From Bacteroidota bacterium (GTDB lineage Bacteria > Bacteroidota > Ignavibacteria > Palsa-1295), in assembly GCA_021324735.1 (NCBI GenBank), contig JAJPIO010000006.1, positions 15,667-79,666 of the forward strand: 64,000 bases of DNA, given 5' to 3'. Shown here in pieces: positions 36,254 to 46,265 of the stretch. Each line of letters starts with the position of its first letter. Positions within the stretch are counted from its first letter, which is position 1. The translations under genes and the position numbers were made by a program. The notes below the pieces were generated by a model. That model was not told the DNA's origin, made no database searches, and worked only from the letters and a program-made list of their open reading frames with translations.

Positions 36254-36560
36254 ACGGGGATTTATGAGATGGGGAGGATGTCTGGGATAGACGAGCATCA
36301 TCCCAAACATTCCATGCAACCCATCCCAGTGGTCGGAGCCGTCTGAATGGGAAATTATGGGAATGTCTGAACTAAGATTTTGGGGATGGAGGGGATGTCT
36401 GGGATAAGAAAGCATCATCCCAAACATTCCATGCATCCCACCCATCCCAGTTCAGACACCTTCCCAGTCGTAGAGGTCTGAACGGGATTTATGCGAAAGG
36501 ATGGATGTTTGACGGGTAGGAAATCCCATCTACCCTCATTATCCTCCTTCTTCCGTTCAG
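36248..36560. repeat. cluster of MITE-like elements with TIR GTCTGAAC(T/C)GGGAT (upstream of the GxxExxY gene)
   Basis: Two ~62-bp direct repeats, GATG(G)GGAGGATGTCTGGGATA..AGCATCATCCCAAACATTCCATGCA..CCCATCCCAG at 36268-36329 and 36384-36449. GTCTGAAC(G/T)GGG occurs at 36248, 36341 and 36476, and CCCAGTTCAGAC at 36444-36457. One unit at 36341-36457 (~117 bp) has both inverted ends. Confidence 0.6.
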
Positions 36561-36573
36561 CTTTCTAAGCAAT

Positions 36574-36954
36574 ATGGATAAACACTTCGACGACAAAAAG
36601 CTGACCTATGATATTATTGGTTGCGCTATGCGTGTCCACACCGAACTTGGTTGCGGATTTCAGGAAGTGATCTATCAACGTGCATTGGAAATCGAACTGC
36701 AAGAAGCTGGAATGGAATACCGTCGCGAATTTGAAATGCCAATTCGCTACAAAGGACAATTCATTGGCGGGCGACGAGTTGACTTTCTTATTAGCGGCAT
36801 ATCTGTCGAACTCAAAGCGCTCACTCAATTGGAGGACGTCCACTTAGCTCAAGCAATGAACTACCTTGAAGCGTACGAACTCAAGACCGGCTTACTCATT
36901 AACTTCGGTGCAAAGAAGCTGCAGTTCCATCGATTGACAAACACGCATATCTGA
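36574..36954 (+). CDS. GxxExxY protein (PD-(D/E)XK nuclease-fold, PDDEXK_3 family)
   Basis: 126 aa. KLTYDIIGCAMRVHTELGCGFQEVIYQRALEIELQEAGMEYRREFEMPIRYKG...VDFLISGISVELKAL matches the GxxExxY family layout, including the ExK-like core. Flanked on both sides by the GTCTGAAC repeats. Confidence 0.8.
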   Translation: MDKHFDDKKLTYDIIGCAMRVHTELGCGFQEVIYQRALEIELQEAGMEYRREFEMPIRYKGQFIGGRRVDFLISGISVELKALTQLEDVHLAQAMNYLEAYELKTGLLINFGAKKLQFHRLTNTHI

Positions 36955-37120
36955 ACTGGAAAACATCTGAACTGGGATGGGTGGGATAATGGGGGTTATT
37001 GGGATTCTCCCAGCCATTCCCCGCTTTTCGCTGACACAATTCAGACGACATTCCACCCATTCAAGAATAGAGTTCATCCCATCCATCCCCGCATCCCATC
37101 AATCCCAGTTCAGACATCAC
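36951..37120. repeat. MITE-like element copies downstream of the GxxExxY gene
   Basis: TCTGAACTGG at 36951 and ATCTGAACTGGGATGGG at 36964 form the left TIR. AATCCCAGTTCAGACATC at 37101-37118 forms the right TIR, giving a ~155 bp unit. Confidence 0.55.
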
Positions 37121-37135
37121 AATGAAGCACCCTGC

Positions 37136-38203
37136 CTAATTTTCCACGCTGGCGCTACTTGTAAATCCCTTCTCTTTCGCCCATGATAGCATCGTAGTGT
37201 AGTACTCGGGAGGTGACACAGCATTGGTGAGATCTTCCCGTATGCCCCCGGTCTTACACTGTAGCATCCCATGATCGCAATTCGGAAGGACCTTCGTAGT
37301 TAAGCTTGCAGCCGAGTTTTTTCCGATAGTCCGCTTATATAACGCCCGCGTTTTTTTCCAATCGATATTACAATCTTTGTCGCCAAAAATGGCAAGGACG
37401 GGACAATTGATCTTGCTAAGCACTTTGTCAAAGTCCGGCACGTAGATCTGTAGCCCTGTTTTATCGTCGAAGGTAATCTCTCCCGTTTCAATTTTCTTTT
37501 GCCATGCCAGATATCCTTCTCGCGTCGGTTTGCTGCCGCCCGTTAAATAAATGTCGAACGAATCGCGCCGAAGGTCTTCCGTCGCTTTTAAGTTTTCCTC
37601 GAATGTTCCGCCGTGCCGCGCGATCGCGATCCCTTTTCGCCATTCGTTTACCAGCTTTCTTGTTTGCGATTTACTTCGTCCCTCGATCGCAAAATTCTTT
37701 TCAAGCAAATACTGAAAGTTTTCTTCACCGTCCGGGCCGCTGACGGAAATCCAAAAAGCGATCGGATACTGGGTTATCACTAATGGACAGATCCATCCCG
37801 CTCTGCTAATGCCCCATAATCCGATCTTCTCCGCACCCGTTATGTGCCTGGACTTCACTTCCGTAATGGCAGCGATAACTTCGCTTGCGCTGTTTTGGAC
37901 CGTCTGGTTGTAATCGAAAACACCTTCGCTCTTGCCACAGCCGGCTTTATCCCACAGTAGGCAGGCAATGCCCTGCTCCGCGAAGCGTGTTCTAAGCTTG
38001 TAGTATCCGTTGCTTTCAACAAAATTCGTTCGTCCGCTACCGGGCACAAGGATGACCAAAGCGCTGGCTTTTGTTTGAGTCGGCGAATCGAGTAGACCAC
38101 TATAGCGCTTACCCTCAAAAGAGAATGTAAAGGTATCCGTTTTTATTTGCGCCTGTATTCGTTCGCAAGAAAGAAGAAGGACAACCAACAGGACTTTATG
38201 CAT
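37136..38203 (-). CDS. secreted alpha/beta hydrolase
   Basis: Signal peptide MHKVLLVVLLLSCERIQAQ and GxSxG nucleophile elbow in LWGISRAGW. 355 aa with dienelactone-hydrolase/S9-like spacing. Confidence 0.75.
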   Translation of the reverse strand: MHKVLLVVLLLSCERIQAQIKTDTFTFSFEGKRYSGLLDSPTQTKASALVILVPGSGRTNFVESNGYYKLRTRFAEQGIACLLWDKAGCGKSEGVFDYNQTVQNSASEVIAAITEVKSRHITGAEKIGLWGISRAGWICPLVITQYPIAFWISVSGPDGEENFQYLLEKNFAIEGRSKSQTRKLVNEWRKGIAIARHGGTFEENLKATEDLRRDSFDIYLTGGSKPTREGYLAWQKKIETGEITFDDKTGLQIYVPDFDKVLSKINCPVLAIFGDKDCNIDWKKTRALYKRTIGKNSAASLTTKVLPNCDHGMLQCKTGGIREDLTNAVSPPEYYTTMLSWAKEKGFTSSASVEN

Positions 38204-38450
38204 GGCGAGATTACTCTTTTGCGGTGATGTGGCTCGTTTCGAACGACGCTTGTGTCATCTACGCCCGTGCTTCTCGATTGTTACCCAGTTAGGGATTGCT
38301 TCGTCGGAGTCATCTCCCTTGCGGTCGATGCCTCCTTCTCGCAATGACGGCGCTTTTGGGGTGTTGGCCCGGAGCCCGGACTTCGGTCCCCGAACCCCGA
38401 GCCCAAAGGAAACTTCCTGAAACCAAGTTCATGTTTGCGCGTAGCACTCG

Positions 38451-38477
38451 CCACGCGAGAGTGCTAACAGCCGAGTA
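38451..38477 (+). promoter_or_regulatory. CIRCE (HrcA operator) inverted repeat upstream of groES
   Basis: gTAGCACTC-gccacgcga-GAGTGCTAA matches the consensus TTAGCACTC-N9-GAGTGCTAA at 17 of 18 positions. It lies about 170 bp upstream of the groES ATG. Confidence 0.7.
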
Positions 38478-38493
38478 AGAATCGGCGATTATG

Positions 38494-38600
38494 GCCGATT
38501 TTAGTGGATAGTTGATAGTGGAGAACGGATAGAGTGAATGCGAAATCTGTCGCCTATGCGCCAACTTCTATCCTCTTTCCACTATCCGTTATCCACTCGT
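38494..38600 (+). promoter_or_regulatory. long imperfect inverted repeat (~30-bp arms) in the groESL leader
   Basis: Left arm AGTGGATAGTTGATAGTGGAGAACGGATAGAG, right arm CTATCCTCTTTCCACTATCCGTTATCCACT. About 24 of 30 positions are complementary, with a ~35-nt loop. Located between CIRCE and the groES RBS. Confidence 0.4.
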
Positions 38601-38644
38601 GACCAGATTTTTCAATTCGTAACCAATTCTTAAAAAAGAGAACT

Positions 38645-38953
38645 ATGAACCTAAAACCATTGCACGATCGCCTGATCGTCCGTCCGGCAAAGCCAGAGGA
38701 AGTGACGAAGGGCGGAATCATCCTTCCGGATACGGCGAAAGAGAAGCCAGTCCAGGGCGAAGTGCTCGCTTGCGGACCGGGCAAGTACGACGAAAGCGGC
38801 AAACTCACCCCGATCGGCGTGAAAGTCGGCGATAAAGTCCTCTATGGTAAGTACTCCGGCACCGAGATCTCTCTCGATGGCGAGGACGTGCTCATCATGC
38901 GCGAAAGCGATGTCTTCGCGATCGTAGAGACGAACGGCAAAGCCAAGAAGTAA
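38645..38953 (+). CDS. groES: co-chaperonin GroES
   Basis: [46 protein letters not shown], 102 aa. Confidence 0.95.
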   Translation: MNLKPLHDRLIVRPAKPEEVTKGGIILPDTAKEKPVQGEVLACGPGKYDESGKLTPIGVKVGDKVLYGKYSGTEISLDGEDVLIMRESDVFAIVETNGKAKK

Positions 38954-39067
38954 TTAATAATTAAGAAAGAAGAATTAATAGGAAGAAGGATCGGAAGCGA
39001 AGCAGCTCAAACCTATTCTTTATTAATTGTTAATTCTTAATTTGTCTCACTAACGGAAAAATTTTAG

Positions 39068-40723
<1,656 letters not shown>

Positions 40724-40731
40724 TATCTACA

Positions 40732-40763
40732 AGGCCCGCCGCACGGCGGGCCTTTATATTTTT
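40732..40763 (+). terminator. groESL intrinsic terminator
   Basis: GGCCCGCC-gcac-GGCGGGCC is a perfect 8-bp GC stem followed by TTTATATTTTT. Confidence 0.8.
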
Positions 40764-40776
40764 GTGGAGGTTTGGT

Positions 40777-41676
40777 ATGGCATCAATGGTTCTGGCATTA
40801 CAACAGGCCGCACGAGATCCATCGTATCCAGTCTCAAGGCTTCTTCGAGATGCCGCTACACTCGCATTCAAGGTGCGTATCTCGGGCATGGATGACTTTT
40901 TTGATGGGGAAAGGAATGGCTATGAGGGTAAAGAATTGCCTGATTACAGATGGCTCTCAGGTACTCCTGTCGCGCAAACAACCTTCGGGCGGTGGGTACC
41001 TCTGACCCTGGTTGGTTTCGATCAGGAGGGCTTCTACAAAAGGCCTCTCGTCCATTCCGTATCGGAAATAGAAGAAATGATTGCGCGTGCAGGAGGCACT
41101 ACGCTTGTAATGCCATACCCGAACAAAATTGTTGAAATGTTCCGACCACAAGATCCGGATCTTGGTAGTGCAGGGATTCAAGTCGGAATTCATCAATTCA
41201 AAGGCGTGCTTGAACACGTTAGGGATATGATTCTCAACTTCGCGCTTTCCCTTGAAAAGAAAGGACGCGATGTAAATGAGGAGACGATTGAAATCATAAA
41301 ACGAGATGATCTCAATATTTCAAAAAGCGAGGTCAAAGAAGCAACGACTGTAATAAATATTGAAAATCTTCAAGGGATTGCAGGCACTGTGGCTTCTTCA
41401 TCGGTACGGTTCGGCGATTTTTCTTCAATTTTAAACGTACTGAAAAATGCAAACGTCCCGCAGTCCGAGCGCAATGAACTTGAAAATATTGTGGATGAAG
41501 CTACGACGTTGCCCTCAGACGAACGGAAAGGACTTGCATCGCGCGCAACAGCCTGGCTTGATAGAAACAAATCCTTCCTTTTGACCGCCGGCACTGAGGT
41601 TACGAAGCTACTGCAACGAGCTTCACGTTCTCTAAGCCACACTGATGGACACTGTAGCCGTTCGTATGCTCGATAA
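40777..41676 (+). CDS. AbiTii-like abortive-infection domain protein
   Basis: The start ATG has GGAGG 6 nt upstream. The N-terminus MASMVLALQQAARDPSYPVSRLLRDAATLAFKV...DGERNGYEGKELPDYRWLSG follows the AbiTii N-domain pattern (LILELQ...ELNGY..PeYR.L.G). Region GC is lower than in flanking groEL. Confidence 0.55.
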   Translation: MASMVLALQQAARDPSYPVSRLLRDAATLAFKVRISGMDDFFDGERNGYEGKELPDYRWLSGTPVAQTTFGRWVPLTLVGFDQEGFYKRPLVHSVSEIEEMIARAGGTTLVMPYPNKIVEMFRPQDPDLGSAGIQVGIHQFKGVLEHVRDMILNFALSLEKKGRDVNEETIEIIKRDDLNISKSEVKEATTVINIENLQGIAGTVASSSVRFGDFSSILNVLKNANVPQSERNELENIVDEATTLPSDERKGLASRATAWLDRNKSFLLTAGTEVTKLLQRASRSLSHTDGHCSRSYAR

Positions 41677-42127
41677 TGCAAACGGCCCATATTCATGGGT
41701 TCCTTTGGCATCGTTAGTCGTTGCAGCTCTTGCATCGATCGCGGCCATAATCAGCCCGATTATGTCAAGGAGAACTACGAGACAGCAGATTATCTCTACA
41801 AGCCGCCAAGATTGGCTTAACAAAGTGCGGCTCAAAGTTGCGAAGCACCTCCAACTTACAACGATACTTCACGGGAAGACCTCCCTGTCAAGGCCGTACC
41901 GAGTGCGACAACTAGAAGCACTGGTACTTCTAGAATATCAATTAGAATTACTTTTAAATACGAGCGAGGCGAATCAAGCGAGCATACTCCTTCATCTCCG
42001 CGAATTACGCGATATATGCATTGACAAGCAGCGACTCGCTCAATATGTGCTGTATCGTGATCGTTTTACGAAGGAGTTCGCCTCCTTCCGTGATGGTCTG
42101 TGGAAAGAGATTAAGAAAGGGAGATAG
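41645..42127 (+). CDS. small single-pass membrane protein (candidate partner of the AbiTii-like gene)
   Basis: 160 aa with one TM helix (WVPLASLVVAALASIAAIISPIM), then a charged coiled-coil-like region. The ATG overlaps the upstream gene by 32 nt. Confidence 0.45.
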   Translation: MDTVAVRMLDNANGPYSWVPLASLVVAALASIAAIISPIMSRRTTRQQIISTSRQDWLNKVRLKVAKHLQLTTILHGKTSLSRPYRVRQLEALVLLEYQLELLLNTSEANQASILLHLRELRDICIDKQRLAQYVLYRDRFTKEFASFRDGLWKEIKKGR

Positions 42128-42235
42128 CTTCGATCACAAGCGCAGAGCGGTGAAGTACTCGCAGCCCAGCATGAAGCGAAACGGAATGCTGGGTGGCAAA
42201 GCAAAATAGTGTCGAAGCCCTGAAAGGGCGTTGTA

Positions 42236-42345
42236 CTCCGCCCCTTCAGGGCTAATATTTTTCACGCGTTGCTAACCCAGGGCTATCGTCCCTCGATCAG
42301 GTCGAGGGCAGGCTCCGGGCTGCGAGCACTGCGTCACTTCGTGAC
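42236..42345. repeat. GC-rich palindromic repeat element (copy L) 5' of the hypothetical ORF
   Basis: CCCCTTCAGGGCTAATATTTTTCACGCGTTGCTAACCCAGGGCTA...GGGCTGCGAGCACTGCGTCACTTCGTGACT, with an internal hairpin CCCTCGA-tcagg-TCGAGGG. A partial inverted copy lies at 42150-42178. Confidence 0.6.
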
Positions 42346-42433
42346 TTGCAGCGGGATTTTTGAGGTAGGCCGGCTGTTCTGGTTTACGCATACCTTCAGA
42401 AAATAGAAACAGGCTTTGAGCCGCACAGACCCC

Positions 42434-42919
42434 ATGTCCTCTCGCATCGAAATAACACCGCAGGGACTTGCACTCTCGATCTACTCGGAGATGATCGACG
42501 TCGATTCGTATATCGAGGAGATTGAGACCGAGCTTAATAACGACGAGCGCGAAAGGTTTCTCCGTGTGCTCCGAACTTACTACCTTGCCAGCATTTCTAT
42601 AGCTATCGAAATTGTTGCGAAAACAGAATCCGGCATGAGCGCGGTGCTGACGGAGATAATTGGCCTCGAGCAAGAACGCGGTATAGGTCTGACACTTCTG
42701 GAGATCCGAACAGTATTCTCCGATATGGTCGAGCTTCTCACTGACCAGGCACAGCCACTGGAGTGGGGACTTGCCTGGGGAAGCCGTCATAATTTCTCCA
42801 CCTTGAATATCGAGCAGCTTCTGGTAATTTCCGTTTGGGCTGAGACGACCTTCCAGGCTTCACTCGAATTTCTATCTCGGTTCAAAATTCTCGCTGGCTT
42901 CCCCGCATCTCGAAATTGA
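42434..42919 (+). CDS. acidic hypothetical protein bracketed by palindromic direct repeats
   Basis: ORF of 161 aa from the first ATG (the track ORF begins at a TTG at 42416). No recognisable domain. The antisense ORF 42272-42790 has a Cys/His/Arg-rich junk-like composition. Confidence 0.45.
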   Translation: MSSRIEITPQGLALSIYSEMIDVDSYIEEIETELNNDERERFLRVLRTYYLASISIAIEIVAKTESGMSAVLTEIIGLEQERGIGLTLLEIRTVFSDMVELLTDQAQPLEWGLAWGSRHNFSTLNIEQLLVISVWAETTFQASLEFLSRFKILAGFPASRN

Positions 42920-42941
42920 TCTTCAATGGCGGCGTACCCCG

Positions 42942-43028
42942 CACATCGCCCCCAGGGCTAATCTTTTTCAAACATTGCTAACCCAGGGCTAACGCCCTGG
43001 GCTGCGAGTACTTCGTCACTCCGTGACT
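42942..43028. repeat. GC-rich palindromic repeat element (copy R) 3' of the hypothetical ORF
   Basis: CCCCCAGGGCTAATCTTTTTCAAACATTGCTAACCCAGGGCTAACGCCCTGGGCTGCGAGTACTTCGTCACTCCGTGACT is about 90% identical to copy L, minus a 31-bp internal segment. It contains the perfect hairpin CCCAGGGC-taac-GCCCTGGG. Confidence 0.6.
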
Positions 43029-43172
43029 AAACTGACACTGTTATCTCCCTAATCCAATAATCTCCCCAAATCCACGTTCAGACGACTTGCTAATTCAGGC
43101 AATCATCTCTCCGAGGATCCACCGCAGCTAATCGGTTCGCGACACAAAACACCTCCCGGTTGTTTATAGTAT

Positions 43173-43853
43173 ATGCCACGCTCATTGCGCACTCGCGCTT
43201 TCGCAGGTCTCACTCAATTTGTTATTGCACTTGCGGTACTCATCTTCGGTGCCGCGTGGACCTTCGATTATTGGCAGGGCTGGATTTTCCTCTTCGCCTT
43301 CTTTACCATCGTCACTTACATCACGTTTCACTTTCTTAAATCCGATCCGGGACTCATCGAACGGCGACTTAAAGCAGGCTCGGCGGCTGAAAAGGAGAAG
43401 AGCCAGAAGATCATACAGGCTTTTGCTAATCTCTTCTTTCTTGCTATCATAGTATTTCCGGTGCTCGACCATCGATTCGGTTGGTCCGACGTCACGGCGA
43501 TCGAGTCGCTCATCGGCGATCTATTGGTTGTCGTTGGTCTCTTGATCGTGTTTCTCGTCTTTCGGGAGAATAGCTATACGTCGGCAATTATTGAAGTCGG
43601 GAGCGAGCAAAAGGTTATTACGACAGGACCATATCGGCTCGTCCGTCATCCGATGTATTCGGGGGCTTTGCTGATGCTGCTTGGCGTCCCGCTTGCGCAC
43701 GGTTCGCTGTGGGGATTACTCTTTTGGCTACCGATGCTCGTGGTGATCGTACTGCGCTTAAAAGATGAGGAGAGATTTTTAAAAGCGAACTTACAAGGAT
43801 ATCCTGATTACACTACTCAAACTCGCTTTCGGCTTATCCCAGGAATTTACTGA
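43173..43853 (+). CDS. isoprenylcysteine carboxyl methyltransferase (ICMT)/PEMT-family membrane methyltransferase
   Basis: Multi-TM protein, 226 aa. The C-terminal motif LVRHPMYSGALLMLLGVPLAHGS...LKDEERFL is the ICMT-family signature (RHPxY...EE). Confidence 0.75.
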   Translation: MPRSLRTRAFAGLTQFVIALAVLIFGAAWTFDYWQGWIFLFAFFTIVTYITFHFLKSDPGLIERRLKAGSAAEKEKSQKIIQAFANLFFLAIIVFPVLDHRFGWSDVTAIESLIGDLLVVVGLLIVFLVFRENSYTSAIIEVGSEQKVITTGPYRLVRHPMYSGALLMLLGVPLAHGSLWGLLFWLPMLVVIVLRLKDEERFLKANLQGYPDYTTQTRFRLIPGIY

Positions 43854-43880
43854 TCGGGATGATCTTGCTTAGGCGCGACC

Positions 43881-44087
43881 TCACTCCGTAAACTCAAAGA
43901 GTATTTTTGATTTCCCAAACCTATCGATTCGAATAATATTCGATGGCCGCTCTGACTCAGCAATAGGACGAACGATTCGAAGCGCCTCCTCTTCCGTAGG
44001 GACGCCGGCTGCCACTTGAGTGACCATGGTATCGTGACGACTTACATTCCAGTGGTTCTCAAATTCCGAGAGTACGAATCGTACCAT
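43881..44087 (-). CDS. small hypothetical protein (possibly DUF2188-like)
   Basis: 68 aa. The HWNVSRHDT...EEEALRIVRPIAE pattern loosely resembles DUF2188 (W-x-V-x-R...eA). Weak call. Confidence 0.3.
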   Translation of the reverse strand: MVRFVLSEFENHWNVSRHDTMVTQVAAGVPTEEEALRIVRPIAESERPSNIIRIDRFGKSKILFEFTE

Positions 44088-44184
44088 TCGAAGGATGCTC
44101 TACAATTCACGTGCCGCATGAGCCGAAAAACTGCGTCATAGTAAGGGTTTATATTGCGCTATTATCGCATAGTAGCACATTGAT

Positions 44185-45462
44185 ATGCTGGTGGTAAGCC
44201 ATTTGCACTACGGCATTGCCATGAGTGACCAGCCTTCCATACCAGCCCCATCCTATCATGGTGCTCAGAAATTCTTGTTTTCGACTGGTATCGAATGCAG
44301 TTACCCTACTATTACAGTCAATGGCAAGCGGGTGCGGGTCGATGAGATGGAAAAGTGCTGCCACTATACTCATTGGCGGGAGGACTTTAAGCTGGTTAAA
44401 GAGTTAGGCGTGGATGCTTTGCGATATGGCCCTCCGCTCTATCGCACCCATGTCGGGCCCGGTAAATATGACTGGTCTTTTGCGGACGAGACCTTCGCCG
44501 AGCTAAAGAAGATGAACGTGATCCCAATAGTGGATCTGTGTCATTTTGGCGTGCCGGACTGGATCGGGGATTTCCAGAATGCCGACTGGCCATATTACTT
44601 CGCGGAATATGCTCGAGCGTTCGCGACACGATTTCCGTGGGTGCAATTCTATACTCCGGTGAATGAAGTATACGTTGCTGCGACGGCCTCCGCTCAACGT
44701 GGATTATGGAACGAGCAGCTTCAAAGCGATGAAGCATTCGTTCGAGCACTAAAGCATCTTTGTATGGCGAATCTGCTGGCGATGAACGCAATCTACGATC
44801 TTCGCCATGACGCTGTGTTCGTGCAGAGCGAATCGTCGGAATATTATCATCCGAGCGAACCGAAGTCGATCGACAAAGCCAATTTCCTGAATGAGAAGCG
44901 ATTCCTTCCACTCGATCTTATTTATGGCTATCCGATCAATGCCATGATGTATGAATACCTCCTCGATCGAGGGATGACGAGAGAGGAATACCACTGGTTC
45001 GCTCAGCATCAGTCGCACTCGACTTGCATTATGGGCAACGATTATTATGTAACGAACGAGCACCTCGTTCACCCGAACGGCTCGACCACGGATGCCGGCG
45101 AAATATTTGGGTACTATGTTATCACCCACCAATACTACGAGCGATATCATTTACCCGTGATGCATACCGAGACAAACTTTCGGGAGCCAGGATCGGTAGG
45201 CTGGCTGTGGAAAGAATGGGCAAACGTCCACCGGCTACGTCAGGATGGTGTTCCCATCGTTGGCTTTACATGGTATAGTCTTACGGATCAAATGGACTGG
45301 GACACGATGCTAACAAGAATGGACGGTCATGTCGATGTTCTCGGTCTCTACGATCTCGATCGAAAAATTCATCCCGTTGGCGAAGCCTTCAAAAAGTTAA
45401 TAAGTCAGTGGAAAGAAATTCTGCCGCTCGAAGCACTGCATCCGAGAAATAGGAACCAGTGA
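44185..45462 (+). CDS. family 1 glycosylhydrolase-like TIM-barrel protein
   Basis: N-terminal FLFSTGIECSYPTI..GKRVRVDEM...HWREDFKLVKELGVDALRYGPP and PVNEVYV / MHTETNF (candidate acid/base and nucleophile Glu). These resemble the ~415-aa family 1 glycosylhydrolase group of proteins. Confidence 0.5.
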   Translation: MLVVSHLHYGIAMSDQPSIPAPSYHGAQKFLFSTGIECSYPTITVNGKRVRVDEMEKCCHYTHWREDFKLVKELGVDALRYGPPLYRTHVGPGKYDWSFADETFAELKKMNVIPIVDLCHFGVPDWIGDFQNADWPYYFAEYARAFATRFPWVQFYTPVNEVYVAATASAQRGLWNEQLQSDEAFVRALKHLCMANLLAMNAIYDLRHDAVFVQSESSEYYHPSEPKSIDKANFLNEKRFLPLDLIYGYPINAMMYEYLLDRGMTREEYHWFAQHQSHSTCIMGNDYYVTNEHLVHPNGSTTDAGEIFGYYVITHQYYERYHLPVMHTETNFREPGSVGWLWKEWANVHRLRQDGVPIVGFTWYSLTDQMDWDTMLTRMDGHVDVLGLYDLDRKIHPVGEAFKKLISQWKEILPLEALHPRNRNQ

Positions 45463-45533
45463 GTTTTGCCTTGTACCGTTGTTCTTTGAATGAATCGTTT
45501 TTCTGACTGGCCGTTGAATCGGGTGACAATGTT

Positions 45534-45968
45534 ATGTGTTTCAGTAGAGACATGCTCAGCCTGCACGTATCGTTAGCGCTCTTGCTCTCGACGCTCCTCA
45601 CAGCTCCCCAACCAGCCAAAGGAAGCCTCGCGCAAGAAGTGCATAAGCTCACGGAAGCGATCAACCGTCGCGACCTGAATGCCCTTAAAGCTGAGGTGAG
45701 TCCGAGCCGAATTTATGTCGAGATCGCAGATAAGCCGGGTGCTTATCTTACGAGCAGTCAGACGGTCGTTGTTATGGAGAGCTTCATGCAAAACCGGACA
45801 TCGCTTAACTCATCCTTCGAGTTTGTTACGGACGACGGCGAGCGAGGAAGCGCCTCCGGGCAATTAGCAGCCCGCTATGATGGGAGGCCCGTCACCTATC
45901 GGCTGAATTTTGGCTTTCTGAAAAATGACCAGGGAAAATGGCAGCTCACTAAAATATCGATGAAATGA
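45534..45968 (+). CDS. secreted hypothetical protein (NTF2/SnoaL-like size)
   Basis: Signal peptide MCFSRDMLSLHVSLALLLSTLLTAPQPAKG, 144 aa. Confidence 0.5.
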   Translation: MCFSRDMLSLHVSLALLLSTLLTAPQPAKGSLAQEVHKLTEAINRRDLNALKAEVSPSRIYVEIADKPGAYLTSSQTVVVMESFMQNRTSLNSSFEFVTDDGERGSASGQLAARYDGRPVTYRLNFGFLKNDQGKWQLTKISMK

Positions 45969-46265
45969 AGCATGGGTGTTAAATTCACGTAATATGGTCA
46001 AAAATCGTGACCTTGTGGTAACAATCTTCACTCCTAAGCGTTATTAGTAGCGTATCTGGTTTAGTTTTTTGCAGGCATATTTTCAGTTGGCCTGCTAATT
46101 GCTTAACAGCTACCCAAACGTCTCCTATTGTACACACAAACTTAGCGATTCTCAGAGAAATAAAAAGAAAAAATCCTGAAATTTCTAACGAATAGCGTAA
46201 CAATCAGAGAGACACTCCGTACAAGTTTAAGAAAGCAGTAGAGAAACTCATAGCTTAATAGGTTT

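Noticed and set aside
35903-36445. 180-aa minus-strand ORF with repeated MHGMFGMML…YPRHP blocks
   Set aside because: It is the translation of the MITE-like repeats plus the 3' end of the histidine kinase gene. The repetition comes from DNA repeats, not protein selection.
38202-38478. Small plus-strand ORFs (72 and 60 aa) upstream of groES
   Set aside because: They overlap the CIRCE/leader region, have a Pro/Arg/Ser-rich composition, and lack an RBS.
42272-42790. 172-aa minus ORF opposite the repeat-bracketed ORF
   Set aside because: Cys/His/Arg-rich junk-like sequence, whereas the plus-strand ORF has ordinary amphipathic composition. Coding strand is still not proven.
42236-43028. Integron attC-like recombination sites
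   Set aside because: The palindromes do not match the R''/R' cores (RYYYAAC / GTTRRRY), and no intI gene is nearby.
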